Assembly (NCBI GenBank): GCA_963832165.1
Contig: CAWHTE010000003.1
Span: forward strand, 704,001-768,000
Reading direction: 5' to 3'
Length of the DNA stretch: 64,000 bases
Source of the DNA: an uncultured delta proteobacterium
GTDB lineage: Bacteria; Myxococcota_A; UBA9160; SMWR01
Shown: in pieces, positions 46,696 to 55,937 of the stretch
How the letters are laid out: each line of letters starts with the position of its first letter
Position numbering within the stretch: position 1 is the stretch's first letter
Program-made: the position numbers and the translations under genes
The notes under the pieces: model-generated
What the model was told of the DNA's origin: nothing
The model's database searches: none
What the model saw: only the letters and a program-made list of their open reading frames with translations

Positions 46696-48357
46696 ATGTC
46701 GGCCGAGATCGTGATTCGCGGGGGGACGGTATTCGACGGCAGCGGGGCGCCCGGTCGCGTTGCCGACGTGGCGATCGCGGAAGGCGTGATCCGGGAGATC
46801 GGACCGAATCTGCGCGGGAAGCGCGAGCTGGATGCCTCGGGCTGTGCCGTTGCGCCCGGCTTCATCGACATCCACACGCACTACGACGCGCAGGTGTTCT
46901 GGGATCCGGCGCTTCAGCCGTCCTGCTTTCACGGCGTCACGACCGTCGTGGCTGGCAACTGCGGCTTCACGATCGCACCGACGCGCCCCGAGCATCGCGA
47001 TGTCATCGTGCGCACACTCGAGAACGTCGAGGACATGGATCCCGCGACGCTGACCGCGGGAATCGTCTGGGAGTTCGAGACGTTTCCCGAGTACCTGGAG
47101 CTGGTGCGCCGACGCGGCACCCTGCTCAACTTCACGGCCTACATCGGACACTCCGCACTGCGGCTCTACGTGATGGGGGATGCGGCGTACGAGCGCGCGG
47201 CCACGCCCGAGGAGATCGCGCGCATGTGCGAGCTCGTGCGCGAGGGGCTCGAAGCGGGCGCGGCCGGATTCTCGACGAGCTTCTCGTTCGCTCACCGCGG
47301 TATCGACGGCAAGCCCGTGCCGAGCCGATTCGCCGAGCGCGACGAGGTCGAGGCGCTGTTCATGGCGGTGGGAAAGGCGGGCAGGGGTGTCGTGCTCGCC
47401 ACCCCGGGCGAGCAGTGCAGCTACCCCGACTTCTATGAGCTCCAGGCGCTCATCGGGCGGCCGGTCACCTGGCCGCTGTTCGCGGCCCCGGGCGGGGCGC
47501 ATCGCAAGCAGCTCGAGATTCACGCGGAGAGCCTGGCTCGCAACGCGAACGTCTGGCCGCAGGTGACACCGCGTCCGCTCACCATGCAGTTCACACTCGC
47601 CGACGCGTACAACCTCAACGTGGGAACGGTGTTCGGGGAGCTCTTGAAGGTGAGCCGCGAGGTGCGCCTGGCCGCGTACCGCGACCCCGCGTGGCGGGCT
47701 CACGCGGCCGCGGATCTGGAGCGCGTGCCGATGAGGCCGCGCTGGGAGACGTTCGAGGTATCCGAAACCCGGAAGTTCCCCGAGCTGCAGGGGCGCCGCG
47801 TGGCGGACCTCGCGCGTGAGCGCGGGTGCAGTCCGCTCGACGTGATGTGCGAGATCGCGCTCGGCGAGGACCTCGAGACCCGTTTCCGCGCCTACATTGC
47901 GAATGATGACGTCGAGGCCGTCAGCACGCTGCTCAATCACGATCGCGTGGTGCTGGGGCTCTCCGACGCGGGTGCGCACGTCGATCAGCTGTGTGATGCG
48001 CCACTGGCCACCGACCTGCTGGGCAAGTGGGTGCGCGAAAGAAGCCTGATGCCGCTCGAGAAAGCGGTGCGCAAGCTCACCGGCGAGGCGGCCGACCTGT
48101 TCGGCTTCGCGCGCCGCGGCTATCTGCGGGAAGGCTGCTGGGCCGACGTGTGTGTGTTCGATCCGCTCACGGTGGATCCGGGCCCGCTGCGTCGCGTGCG
48201 CGACTTTCCGGCGGACGCCGAGCGACTCACGGCCGAGGAGCCGCGCGGCGTGCGCCACGTGCTCGTCAACGGCACGCCGATCCGTCTCGACGAACGCTCG
48301 CTGATCGACTCGCTCGAAGAGCGGCCGGGGATGCGGCCCGAGACCGCGAGCACCTAG
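46696..48357 (+). CDS. N-acyl-D-amino-acid deacylase family amidohydrolase
   Basis: Motifs IRGGTVFDGSG, PGFIDIHTHYD, GNCGF and SDAGAH. Confidence 0.88.
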   Translation: MSAEIVIRGGTVFDGSGAPGRVADVAIAEGVIREIGPNLRGKRELDASGCAVAPGFIDIHTHYDAQVFWDPALQPSCFHGVTTVVAGNCGFTIAPTRPEHRDVIVRTLENVEDMDPATLTAGIVWEFETFPEYLELVRRRGTLLNFTAYIGHSALRLYVMGDAAYERAATPEEIARMCELVREGLEAGAAGFSTSFSFAHRGIDGKPVPSRFAERDEVEALFMAVGKAGRGVVLATPGEQCSYPDFYELQALIGRPVTWPLFAAPGGAHRKQLEIHAESLARNANVWPQVTPRPLTMQFTLADAYNLNVGTVFGELLKVSREVRLAAYRDPAWRAHAAADLERVPMRPRWETFEVSETRKFPELQGRRVADLARERGCSPLDVMCEIALGEDLETRFRAYIANDDVEAVSTLLNHDRVVLGLSDAGAHVDQLCDAPLATDLLGKWVRERSLMPLEKAVRKLTGEAADLFGFARRGYLREGCWADVCVFDPLTVDPGPLRRVRDFPADAERLTAEEPRGVRHVLVNGTPIRLDERSLIDSLEERPGMRPETAST

Positions 48358-48359
48358 GA

Positions 48360-48408
48360 GGCCGACTCGAGAGTCGGCCGACGATCAGCGAGGCGAAGCC
48401 GAGCGGTC
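48360..48408. repeat. Two adjacent hairpins between convergent genes (terminator- or REP-like)
   Basis: GGCCGACTC-GA-GAGTCGGCC (48360-79) and GC-GA-GGC-GAA-GCC-GA-GC (48388-404). Confidence 0.45.
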
Positions 48409-48414
48409 AACGGG

Positions 48415-49617
48415 CTAGACCGCGTCTCCCCCCGCCGAACCCGATGCGGGCTTCGTCGGTGCGGCCGACAGCCCGAGCCCCTCGAGCACTTCGCGCGTGT
48501 GGGCGCCGAGCTCGGGAGCGGGCCCCGCGACGCGGCCCGGCGTGCGGGAGAACCAGGTCGGCACGCCCGGAAAGCGCACCGGGCCTAGCGACGTTTCGAC
48601 GGTCTCGAACAAGCCGACCGCGTTCAGGTGGGGATTGTCGAACAGCTCGTCCGGGGTGCGCAGCGGCGCCGCGGGCACGTCGAGGGCCCGGAACAGGTCG
48701 AGCCATTCCTGGGTCGTGCGTTCCTTCATGGTGTCGGCCACGAGCGCGTACACCGTGTCGATCTGGCGCGCCCGCTGCTCGAGCGTCGCGAAGCGGTCGT
48801 CCGCCCAGGCCGGGCGCACGGCGCCGACGAACGCGGACCACTGCTTGTCGTTGTAGATCAGCGCGGCGATCTGGCCGTCCTTCGTGCGGTAGGGCCGGCG
48901 GTTCGGTGCGACCGCGCGCGGGTAGACTGCGGGGCCCAGGGGCGGATCGAACATCGCGCCGTTGGCGTGCTCGACCAGCATGAACGAGGCCATGGTCTCG
49001 AACATGCTGACCTCCACCTCCTGGCCTTCTCCGGTCCGCTCGCGGTGGAACAGCGCCATCATCGTGGCGTAGAGCGCCGTGAGCCCCGCGACCTTGTCGG
49101 CCATGATCGTGCCGACGTAGCTCGCCTCGCCCGTCAACATCTGCTGGACCACCGGCAGTCCGCACTCCGCCTGGATCGTGTCGTCGTAGGCGGTCAGATC
49201 CCGGTCGGGGCCGCGCCGACCGTAGCCGTAGCAGTTGGTGTAGATGATCGCGGGATTGATCGCGGCGACGTCTTCGTAGCCGAAGCCGAGCTTCACGATC
49301 GCCTTGGACCGCATCGAGTGGATGAAGACGTCCGCGCGCGCGACGAGTCCGCGCAGCGCGGTCTTGCCGGCGTCGGAGCGCAGATCGAGGACGACACTGC
49401 GCTTGCCGCGGTTCACGTTCACGAAGACGCCGCTCATCCCGGGCGCCGGCCCGATCGAGACGTAGCGGGTCGTGTCGCCGTCGGGCGGCTCGATCTTGAT
49501 CACGTCGGCGCCCATGTCGGCCATGATCTGGGTGCAGTACGGCCCCATCACCATCGCGGTGAGGTCGACCACGCACACGCCCGACAGCGGGCCCGAGGCC
49601 TTTGCGGGATTCCCCAT
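48415..49617 (-). CDS. Family III CoA-transferase (CaiB/BaiF)
   Basis: Motifs GPLSGVCVVDL, GADVIKIEPPDGD, NRGKRS, MADK and PELGAHT. Confidence 0.9.
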   Translation of the reverse strand: MGNPAKASGPLSGVCVVDLTAMVMGPYCTQIMADMGADVIKIEPPDGDTTRYVSIGPAPGMSGVFVNVNRGKRSVVLDLRSDAGKTALRGLVARADVFIHSMRSKAIVKLGFGYEDVAAINPAIIYTNCYGYGRRGPDRDLTAYDDTIQAECGLPVVQQMLTGEASYVGTIMADKVAGLTALYATMMALFHRERTGEGQEVEVSMFETMASFMLVEHANGAMFDPPLGPAVYPRAVAPNRRPYRTKDGQIAALIYNDKQWSAFVGAVRPAWADDRFATLEQRARQIDTVYALVADTMKERTTQEWLDLFRALDVPAAPLRTPDELFDNPHLNAVGLFETVETSLGPVRFPGVPTWFSRTPGRVAGPAPELGAHTREVLEGLGLSAAPTKPASGSAGGDAV

Positions 49618-49730
49618 CGATTTCGTCTCCTTCCGCTGGACCGCAACTACCACAATCGGCGTCGTTGCCGCGATGGCCGATGGCTGCGTAGACTGGGCGA
49701 CGAACCACTTCACCGGCGGCGGCTCCAACC

Positions 49731-50897
49731 ATGGATTTCTCGCTCTCGACCGATCAGCAGAACATCAGGGAAGCCATCCTGAAGCACTGTTCCCGGTTCC
49801 CGGACGACTATTGGCTGGAGCGCGATCGGGAGGGCGTCTTCCCGCGCGAATTCTACAAGTCTCTGGTCGATGGGGGTTGGCTCGGAATCGCGATGCCGGT
49901 CGAGTTCGGGGGCTCGGGACTCGGCATCACCGAGGCGGCGGTGATGATGCAGGCGATCGCCGAGTCGGGCGCCGGGATGAGCGGCGCGTCGAGCATACAC
50001 ATGCCGGTGTTCAGCCTGCAGCCCATCGTGATGTTCGGCACCCAGCAGCAGAAGGAGCGGATCCTGCCGCGCGTCATGCGCGGCGAGGACCAGGTCTGCT
50101 TCGCCGTCACCGAGGCCAATGCGGGGCTCAACACGACGGAGCTCAAGACCTTCGCGGAGCGGCGCGAGGGGGGCTACCTCGTGAACGGGGAGAAGATCTG
50201 GATCTCCACGGCGCAGGTCGCCAACAAGATGCTGCTGCTCGCGCGCACCACGCCGCTCGAGAAGGTCGAACGCAAGACCCAGGGGCTCTCGCTGTTCTAC
50301 ACGAGTCTCGATCGGACCAAGATCGACGTGCGCCTGATCCACAAGATGGGGCGCCACGCCGTGGATTCGAACGAGCTCTTCATCGAGAACCTGTGGGTCC
50401 CGGAGGACGATCGGATCGGACCGGAAGGCGAGGGCTTCAAGCTGATCCTGCACGGCCTCAACCCCGAGCGGATCCTGATCGGGGCCGAGGCGGTCGGCAT
50501 CGGCCGCGTGGCGATCGCAAAGGCCGCCCGCTACGCGCGCGAGCGAATCGTGTTCAATCGGCCGATCGGCATGAACCAGGGCATCCAGCATCCGCTCGCA
50601 AAGTGCTGGGCCCAGCTCGAGGCGGCCAATCTGATGGTGATGAAGGCCGCAACGCTGTTCGACCAGGGCCTCGAGTGCGGTGTCGAGGCCAATGCCGGAA
50701 AGTATCTCGCGGCCGAGTACGCGTTCGAGGCCTGTCACACCGCGATGCTCACGCTGGGCGGCATGGGCTATGCGCAGGAATATCACGTCGAGCGCTACCT
50801 GCGCGAATGCCTGATCCCGAGGACGGCGCCGATCAGCCCGCACATGATCCTGAACTTCCTGGCCGAGAAGGTCCTCGGGCTGCCCAAGTCGTACTGA
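49731..50897 (+). CDS. Acyl-CoA dehydrogenase
   Basis: Motifs FAVTEANAG, NGEKIWIS, LNPERI and LGGMGYAQEYHVER. Confidence 0.92.
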   Translation: MDFSLSTDQQNIREAILKHCSRFPDDYWLERDREGVFPREFYKSLVDGGWLGIAMPVEFGGSGLGITEAAVMMQAIAESGAGMSGASSIHMPVFSLQPIVMFGTQQQKERILPRVMRGEDQVCFAVTEANAGLNTTELKTFAERREGGYLVNGEKIWISTAQVANKMLLLARTTPLEKVERKTQGLSLFYTSLDRTKIDVRLIHKMGRHAVDSNELFIENLWVPEDDRIGPEGEGFKLILHGLNPERILIGAEAVGIGRVAIAKAARYARERIVFNRPIGMNQGIQHPLAKCWAQLEAANLMVMKAATLFDQGLECGVEANAGKYLAAEYAFEACHTAMLTLGGMGYAQEYHVERYLRECLIPRTAPISPHMILNFLAEKVLGLPKSY

Positions 50898-50920
50898 CGG
50901 ACTGACGCGCCCCTTCGGCG

Positions 50921-51479
50921 CTAGGTGCGAGCTGGGCCACCGGGAATGCGTTTCATCCGCAGGTTGGTGAGCGGCCGTCGGTAGGAAGGGTCGTCCGCGT
51001 TGCGCGACGGAGCGCCGTTGAGATGAATGTCGGGCACGTCCGCGAACGGAATCGGCAGCGTCGGGGCCATGCCCGACCATTCGATTGCGTTGGTGCGCAG
51101 TGCGATCTTCCACGCCCCGAGGCGTCGCTCCAGCCGGTCGATATAGCGGCCGCCCGCGAGCCAGTTGGTCTCGTCCCGGTTGCGCCCGACGAACAGGTAG
51201 TAGGTCTCGGTGTGGGCGACGTCGCCGTCGATGTCGCAGCTGTGGTTCAAGCAGATTGTGGTGCGTGGACGATTGCCCCTGCTCGTGTAGCTCGGACGCC
51301 CACTCGTAGAGCTCGCTGGGACCCCCCACGAAATCGCCCGCGGCGATCACGGCGTCGGAGTGGAACGCAGAGAGGAAGAGCTCGCGGTCGAATCGATCCA
51401 TTCCCCTGCTGAACCGGATCAGGCAATCGAGAATTTCCTGCCGGTGGAGCAGATGCTCGAGCGCGGCCGTTCTGCTCAT
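50921..51479 (-). pseudogene. SnoaL-like / NTF2-family protein with one apparent +1 frameshift (~51251)
   Basis: MSRTAALEHLLHRQEILDCLIRFSRGMDRFD..THHNL, continuing LNHSCDIDGDVAHTETY..GGRYIDRLERR in the next frame. Confidence 0.8.
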
Positions 51480-51481
51480 GG

Positions 51482-52342
51482 CTAGACCGCCGACCAGATC
51501 GGCGAGCCGCGCTGTGCGCGCATCGAGGGCGGGATGGTCCCGTCGACGTCGGTGACGTCGTACTCCTGCGCGAGCTCCGCAGCGATGTAGGTGCCGCCCG
51601 TCCGCTTCAAGATGTCCGGATCGCTGGCGAGCGCTGCGATCATGCGCCCCGGGAACTCGATCGACGAGCCGATCCGCGGGTTCGTCACCGTCTGCTGTGT
51701 CATCGCGGGGTCGCGCTTCAGATTGCGCTCGGCGCGCTCGGTGAACGCGAGCGACAGCCACATCGAGAGCGAGGCCACCCCGTGCGGCTTCAGCTCGATG
51801 GCCATGTCGCGCGCCATGCGGTCGACCGCAGATTTGCATGTTCCGAACACGACACCGTAGGTGTAGGTCACGCCCACATAGCCCGATGTGGCCACGATGA
51901 GCCCCGACTTCTGCGGCACCATGAGCTTGGCCGCATGCCACGCCGCGACGAAGTTCGAGCGCACGCCGACGTCGACCATCTCCCAGTTCGAGAGCGGCTT
52001 CTCCCAGAACGGCAGCGGATCGGTGAGGTCCTCGGGCAGCGAGAACGCGTTGTTGACCAGCAGGTCGAGGCGGCCCTGCTGGCGCTGGACCTGCTCGAAG
52101 AGCGCGGCGACCTGGTCGTCCACCGCGTGGTCGACCTGGACCGCGATGCCCTTGCCGCCGCGCCGGTCCACCTCTCCGGCGGTCTCGCCGACGGTGCCGG
52201 GGAGCGAGGACGAGCCCGGCGCGACCGTACGTCCCGTGACGTAGACCGTCGCGCCCCGGTCGGCGAGCGCGAGCGCGGTCCCCTTGCCCACGCCGCGACT
52301 CGCGCCCGTGACCACGGCGACCTTGCCCGAGAGTGATCCCAT
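51482..52342 (-). CDS. Short-chain dehydrogenase/reductase (DHRS1-like)
   Basis: Motifs TGASRGVG and LVNNA. FGTCK stands at the YxxxK position. Confidence 0.88.
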   Translation of the reverse strand: MGSLSGKVAVVTGASRGVGKGTALALADRGATVYVTGRTVAPGSSSLPGTVGETAGEVDRRGGKGIAVQVDHAVDDQVAALFEQVQRQQGRLDLLVNNAFSLPEDLTDPLPFWEKPLSNWEMVDVGVRSNFVAAWHAAKLMVPQKSGLIVATSGYVGVTYTYGVVFGTCKSAVDRMARDMAIELKPHGVASLSMWLSLAFTERAERNLKRDPAMTQQTVTNPRIGSSIEFPGRMIAALASDPDILKRTGGTYIAAELAQEYDVTDVDGTIPPSMRAQRGSPIWSAV

Positions 52343-52354
52343 TGCAGAGCTCCT

Positions 52355-53164
52355 TCAGCCCTTGACCCGGTGCAGCGTCATCGTGTGGCGGAATCGCGAT
52401 GCCGGGTACCGGCCGATCGTGACCTGCGCGATTTCGCCATGCGCCATCTTGTAGGTGCGCCGCACTTCGAGCGCAGCCGTTCCGGCCTTGACCTTGAGCG
52501 GGCCTGCGAGCGATCTCGTGATCAGCGCCGCGGCGATCTCCTGGTGCACCTCGACGATCCGCTGGCCGAACAGATCCTCGATCAGGGGAAAGATCGGGCC
52601 GGTATGGCGCTGGAGCAGCCTGCCGACGGCCGCGAAGTCGCGGTGGATGTAGTACTCGGCCCAGCACACCGGGACCTTCACGCCGTCCTCATGTCCGAAG
52701 CCACACACGGCGAGCCACTCGTCGCCCTTGTCGAGCCCGGTAGTGGAGGCGAGCTTCTCGTCGATCGCGACCATCTCCATGGTCTCGATCGCGAAGCGCT
52801 TGCCCACGGACCACGACACCAGGTCGTTGATCGACATGACGTCGTGCGCGTAGGTGTCCGAGGTGCGTCGCGGCGCGACGACCGTGCCCGCGCCCTGCCG
52901 CGAAGAGACGAGGTTGTCTTCGCGCAGGCGTCTCAGCGCTTCGCGCACGGTGTAGCGGCTGACCGAGAACCGCTCGCACAGCGCGTCCTCGGTGGGGAGC
53001 TGTGATCCCACCGGATACACGCCGACGACGATCTCCTCCTTCAACGCGCGCGCGACCTGGAGATAGAGAGGGCCGCGGGATCCGACCTCGGCCGGTAGCG
53101 GCCGGGGCTGTCTGCCCTGGCGCGGCTTCGACCGGTCCTTCCTGGTTCCAATCTTCGCGGCCAT
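52355..53164 (-). CDS. GntR-family transcriptional regulator, HutC/UTRA subfamily
   Basis: wHTH motif LPTEDALCERFSVSRYTVREAL..RQGAGT and a UTRA-like C-terminal domain (QEIAA..ALEVRR). Confidence 0.92.
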   Translation of the reverse strand: MAAKIGTRKDRSKPRQGRQPRPLPAEVGSRGPLYLQVARALKEEIVVGVYPVGSQLPTEDALCERFSVSRYTVREALRRLREDNLVSSRQGAGTVVAPRRTSDTYAHDVMSINDLVSWSVGKRFAIETMEMVAIDEKLASTTGLDKGDEWLAVCGFGHEDGVKVPVCWAEYYIHRDFAAVGRLLQRHTGPIFPLIEDLFGQRIVEVHQEIAAALITRSLAGPLKVKAGTAALEVRRTYKMAHGEIAQVTIGRYPASRFRHTMTLHRVKG

Positions 53165-53167
53165 GAC

Positions 53168-54106
53168 CTAATGGGATTTCTTCTCAGGTCCGCGCCCGCC
53201 CTTCGCGGCCATTTCGAAGCTGTAGCGGATGTGATCGACGTGGGCCGACGGAACGACCGCGAGGATGAGGGCCGAATCCGTGTCGCGGATCTCCTCGATC
53301 TGCTCGTCCACGTCCTCGATCGACCATGCACTGCGATAGACGCCCGGCGTCTCGGCGACGACCGCGCGCGCGACGCGCCCCGCGATCGAGATCAGCATCT
53401 CACCCGTGATCGAGCAGGATTCGTGGGCGAGCCAGCCCACCACGGGCGCCACCAGCTCCGGCGACATGGGAGGGTAGCCCGACGTGTCGAGCCCCTCGGC
53501 CATCCGCGTCACGGCGCCGGGGACGATGATGTTGCACTTCACGCCTTCCGCGGCGCCCTCGAGCGCTGCGACGTTGCACAGGCCGATCATGCCCGACTTG
53601 GAGACGGCGTAGTTCACGACCTTCTGGTTGCCGTAGAGGCCGCCGATCGACGACGTCAACACGATGCGGCCATAGCCCGCCCTGCACATGAGCGGAAAGG
53701 CGGGCTGGACGACGTGGAACGCGCCGAGAAGGTGGACGTCCAGGACCGCCCTGAAGTCCTCGTTCGTGATCTCCTTGAGCAACGCATAGCGGACATTGCC
53801 TGCGTTGTGGATGAGAACGTCGACGCGGCCGTAGTGGTCCAGCGCAGCCTCGATGATCTTGCGCCCGCCCTCGGGCGTCGCCACGGACTCGGTGCTCGCG
53901 ACGGCTTCGCCGCCCGCGGCGCGGATCTCTCGCACGACCTCGTCGGCGGGTCCGGCATCGGCGCCGTCGCCCTTGATGCTCGAGCCGAGATCGTTGACGA
54001 CGACCTTCGCGCCCCTCGACGCGAGGAGCAGCGCGTAGGCGCGTCCCAGCCCCCGGCCTGCGCCCGTGATCACGGCGACGCGATCGTCGAATCTGAGCTC
54101 TGGCAT
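53168..54106 (-). CDS. SDR, MFE-2-type 3-hydroxyacyl-CoA dehydrogenase-like
   Basis: Motifs ELRFDDRVAVITGAGRGLG, VVVNDLG, HNAG, YAVSK and TRM. Confidence 0.9.
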   Translation of the reverse strand: MPELRFDDRVAVITGAGRGLGRAYALLLASRGAKVVVNDLGSSIKGDGADAGPADEVVREIRAAGGEAVASTESVATPEGGRKIIEAALDHYGRVDVLIHNAGNVRYALLKEITNEDFRAVLDVHLLGAFHVVQPAFPLMCRAGYGRIVLTSSIGGLYGNQKVVNYAVSKSGMIGLCNVAALEGAAEGVKCNIIVPGAVTRMAEGLDTSGYPPMSPELVAPVVGWLAHESCSITGEMLISIAGRVARAVVAETPGVYRSAWSIEDVDEQIEEIRDTDSALILAVVPSAHVDHIRYSFEMAAKGGRGPEKKSH

Positions 54107-54214
54107 CGGGCGCTCCTCTGCGTTCACGATACAGGATACGAGCGCTCTCGCGTCGACCCGCAAAGCCCGCGAACATGCGGGAGCGCCGCGCGCAAAGTCG
54201 GGAGTTCGATCGAG

Positions 54215-55816
54215 ATGTCGCTGCAGACAGGGCGGTACGCATCCGCAGGCCCGATCAGCCTGGCCGAAGGGTGGAGCTGCGAGCGGCTCACCCCGGCGAG
54301 CCGCGTGTTCGGCGCCAACGGCCTGCGCACGGGTCCCGACGGCCGCATCTACGTCGCGCAGGTCACCGGGAGTCAGATCAGCGCCGTCGACATCGAGACG
54401 GGCCGGCTGGATACGATCAGCGCGAAGGGCGGCGAGATCGTCGCGCCCGACGACGTGGCGTTCGACACGCGCGGAAACCTCTACGCCACGGAGGTGATGG
54501 ACGCGCGCGTGAGTGTGCGCGGGGTCGATGGCCGCACGCGCGTGCTGCGAGACGACGTGCCCGGCGCGAATGGGATCACCTTTCATCGGGGCCGACTGTT
54601 CATCGACGAGTGCCGGATGAACGGGCGTCTTCTCGAGCTCGATCTCTCCGGTGGTGCGCCGCGCGTGTTGCTCGAGGACCTGCCTCTGCCCAACGCATTG
54701 GAGGCCGGGCCCGACGGGCGCTTGTATTTCCCGGTGATGGGGGCGAACGAGATCTGGCGGATCGATCCCGACGGCGGTGCGGCAGAGCGCGTGGTCGGCG
54801 ATCTGGGCGTACCCGATGCGGTGAAGTTCGACCGCGAGGGCTTCATCGTCTCGACCCAGGTCCAGACCGGCGAAGTCCTGCGCATCGATCCGCGCAGCGG
54901 TGACCGCACCGTGCTGGCCACCCTCGATCCGGGCCTCGACAACCTGGCCTTCGTGGGCGATCGGCTGTTCGTTTCGAACTTCGATGGGCGGATCACCGAG
55001 GTCCTGGCCGGCGGAAAGACCCGAATGCTGCTGCCGCACGGCTTGAACTGGCCGCTCGATCTCGCGCTAGGCGACGACGGACAGCTCTACGTTGCGGACG
55101 GCACGAGCTTCTATCTCCTCCCGCATGGCGGTGAGCTGCAGCGCCTCGGGATGCTCTTCAGCACGGGCTATCCCGGCTTCGTACGCGGTCTGGCCGCGCT
55201 GCCCCAGGGCTGCTTCGCCGTCACCACCTCGGGCGGGCAGGTCGCGCGCTACTGGCCTCGAGACGAGAGGAGCGAGGTGCTCGCGGACGGGCTGGACCAG
55301 CTCTACGGCGTGGCGATCGCGCCCGGCGGCGCGATCGTGGTCGCCGAGCTCGGCGCGGGGCGCGTGCTGTCGATCGAGCCGGGCCGCGTCGATGTACGCG
55401 CCAGCGGGCTGCACGAGCCGCTCGGTGTGACCATCGACGCGGAAGGCACCTGCTTCGTCTCCGAGGCGGGCGCGGGCCGCGTGGTCGCGCTGCGCGGAAC
55501 GCGCGTCGACACCGCGCTCGACGGCTTGCAGCGACCGCAGGGCATCTTCGCGCACGAGCGGCAGCTCTACGTCGTCGATGCAGGAGCCAAGGCGCTAGTC
55601 GCGTTCGACCTGGATCGAAAGATCCGGCATACGATCGCCACCGATCTGCCGGTGGGTGCGCCGCCCGGCGTGGTCCCCAAGCCTCTGCGCGGCCTGCCCC
55701 CGTTCTCGGGGCCGCAGGGTCCGTTTGCAGGCATCGCGGCGGGCCCCGATGGCACCGTCTACGTATCCGCCGACGGGGAGGGCAGCGTGCTCGCGTTGCG
55801 GCGCGCTCACACCTGA
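54215..55816 (+). CDS. SMP-30/gluconolactonase/LRE-family tandem beta-propeller protein
   Basis: Repeated blades ANGLRTGPDGRIYV, PDDVAFD..GNLY, PNALEAGPDGRLY and PDAVKFD. About 533 aa, consistent with two propellers. Confidence 0.8.
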   Translation: MSLQTGRYASAGPISLAEGWSCERLTPASRVFGANGLRTGPDGRIYVAQVTGSQISAVDIETGRLDTISAKGGEIVAPDDVAFDTRGNLYATEVMDARVSVRGVDGRTRVLRDDVPGANGITFHRGRLFIDECRMNGRLLELDLSGGAPRVLLEDLPLPNALEAGPDGRLYFPVMGANEIWRIDPDGGAAERVVGDLGVPDAVKFDREGFIVSTQVQTGEVLRIDPRSGDRTVLATLDPGLDNLAFVGDRLFVSNFDGRITEVLAGGKTRMLLPHGLNWPLDLALGDDGQLYVADGTSFYLLPHGGELQRLGMLFSTGYPGFVRGLAALPQGCFAVTTSGGQVARYWPRDERSEVLADGLDQLYGVAIAPGGAIVVAELGAGRVLSIEPGRVDVRASGLHEPLGVTIDAEGTCFVSEAGAGRVVALRGTRVDTALDGLQRPQGIFAHERQLYVVDAGAKALVAFDLDRKIRHTIATDLPVGAPPGVVPKPLRGLPPFSGPQGPFAGIAAGPDGTVYVSADGEGSVLALRRAHT

Positions 55817-55817
55817 G

Positions 55818-55907
55818 TTGTACGGACAAACAGGAGTCTTTTGAAGTCCTGGATCTGTGTATAATCGAGAACCCGAGCGATCCAGGCGCCGATTTGTCCG
55901 TACAAAT
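55818..55907. promoter_or_regulatory. Two HutC/GntR-type operators flanking a TATAAT -10 box
   Basis: TTGTACGGACAA (55818-29) and its exact reverse complement TTGTCCGTACAA (55894-905). TATAAT at 55860-65. Confidence 0.78.
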
Positions 55908-55937
55908 AACACCGGCGGCATTCGCGGAGGACGCCCC

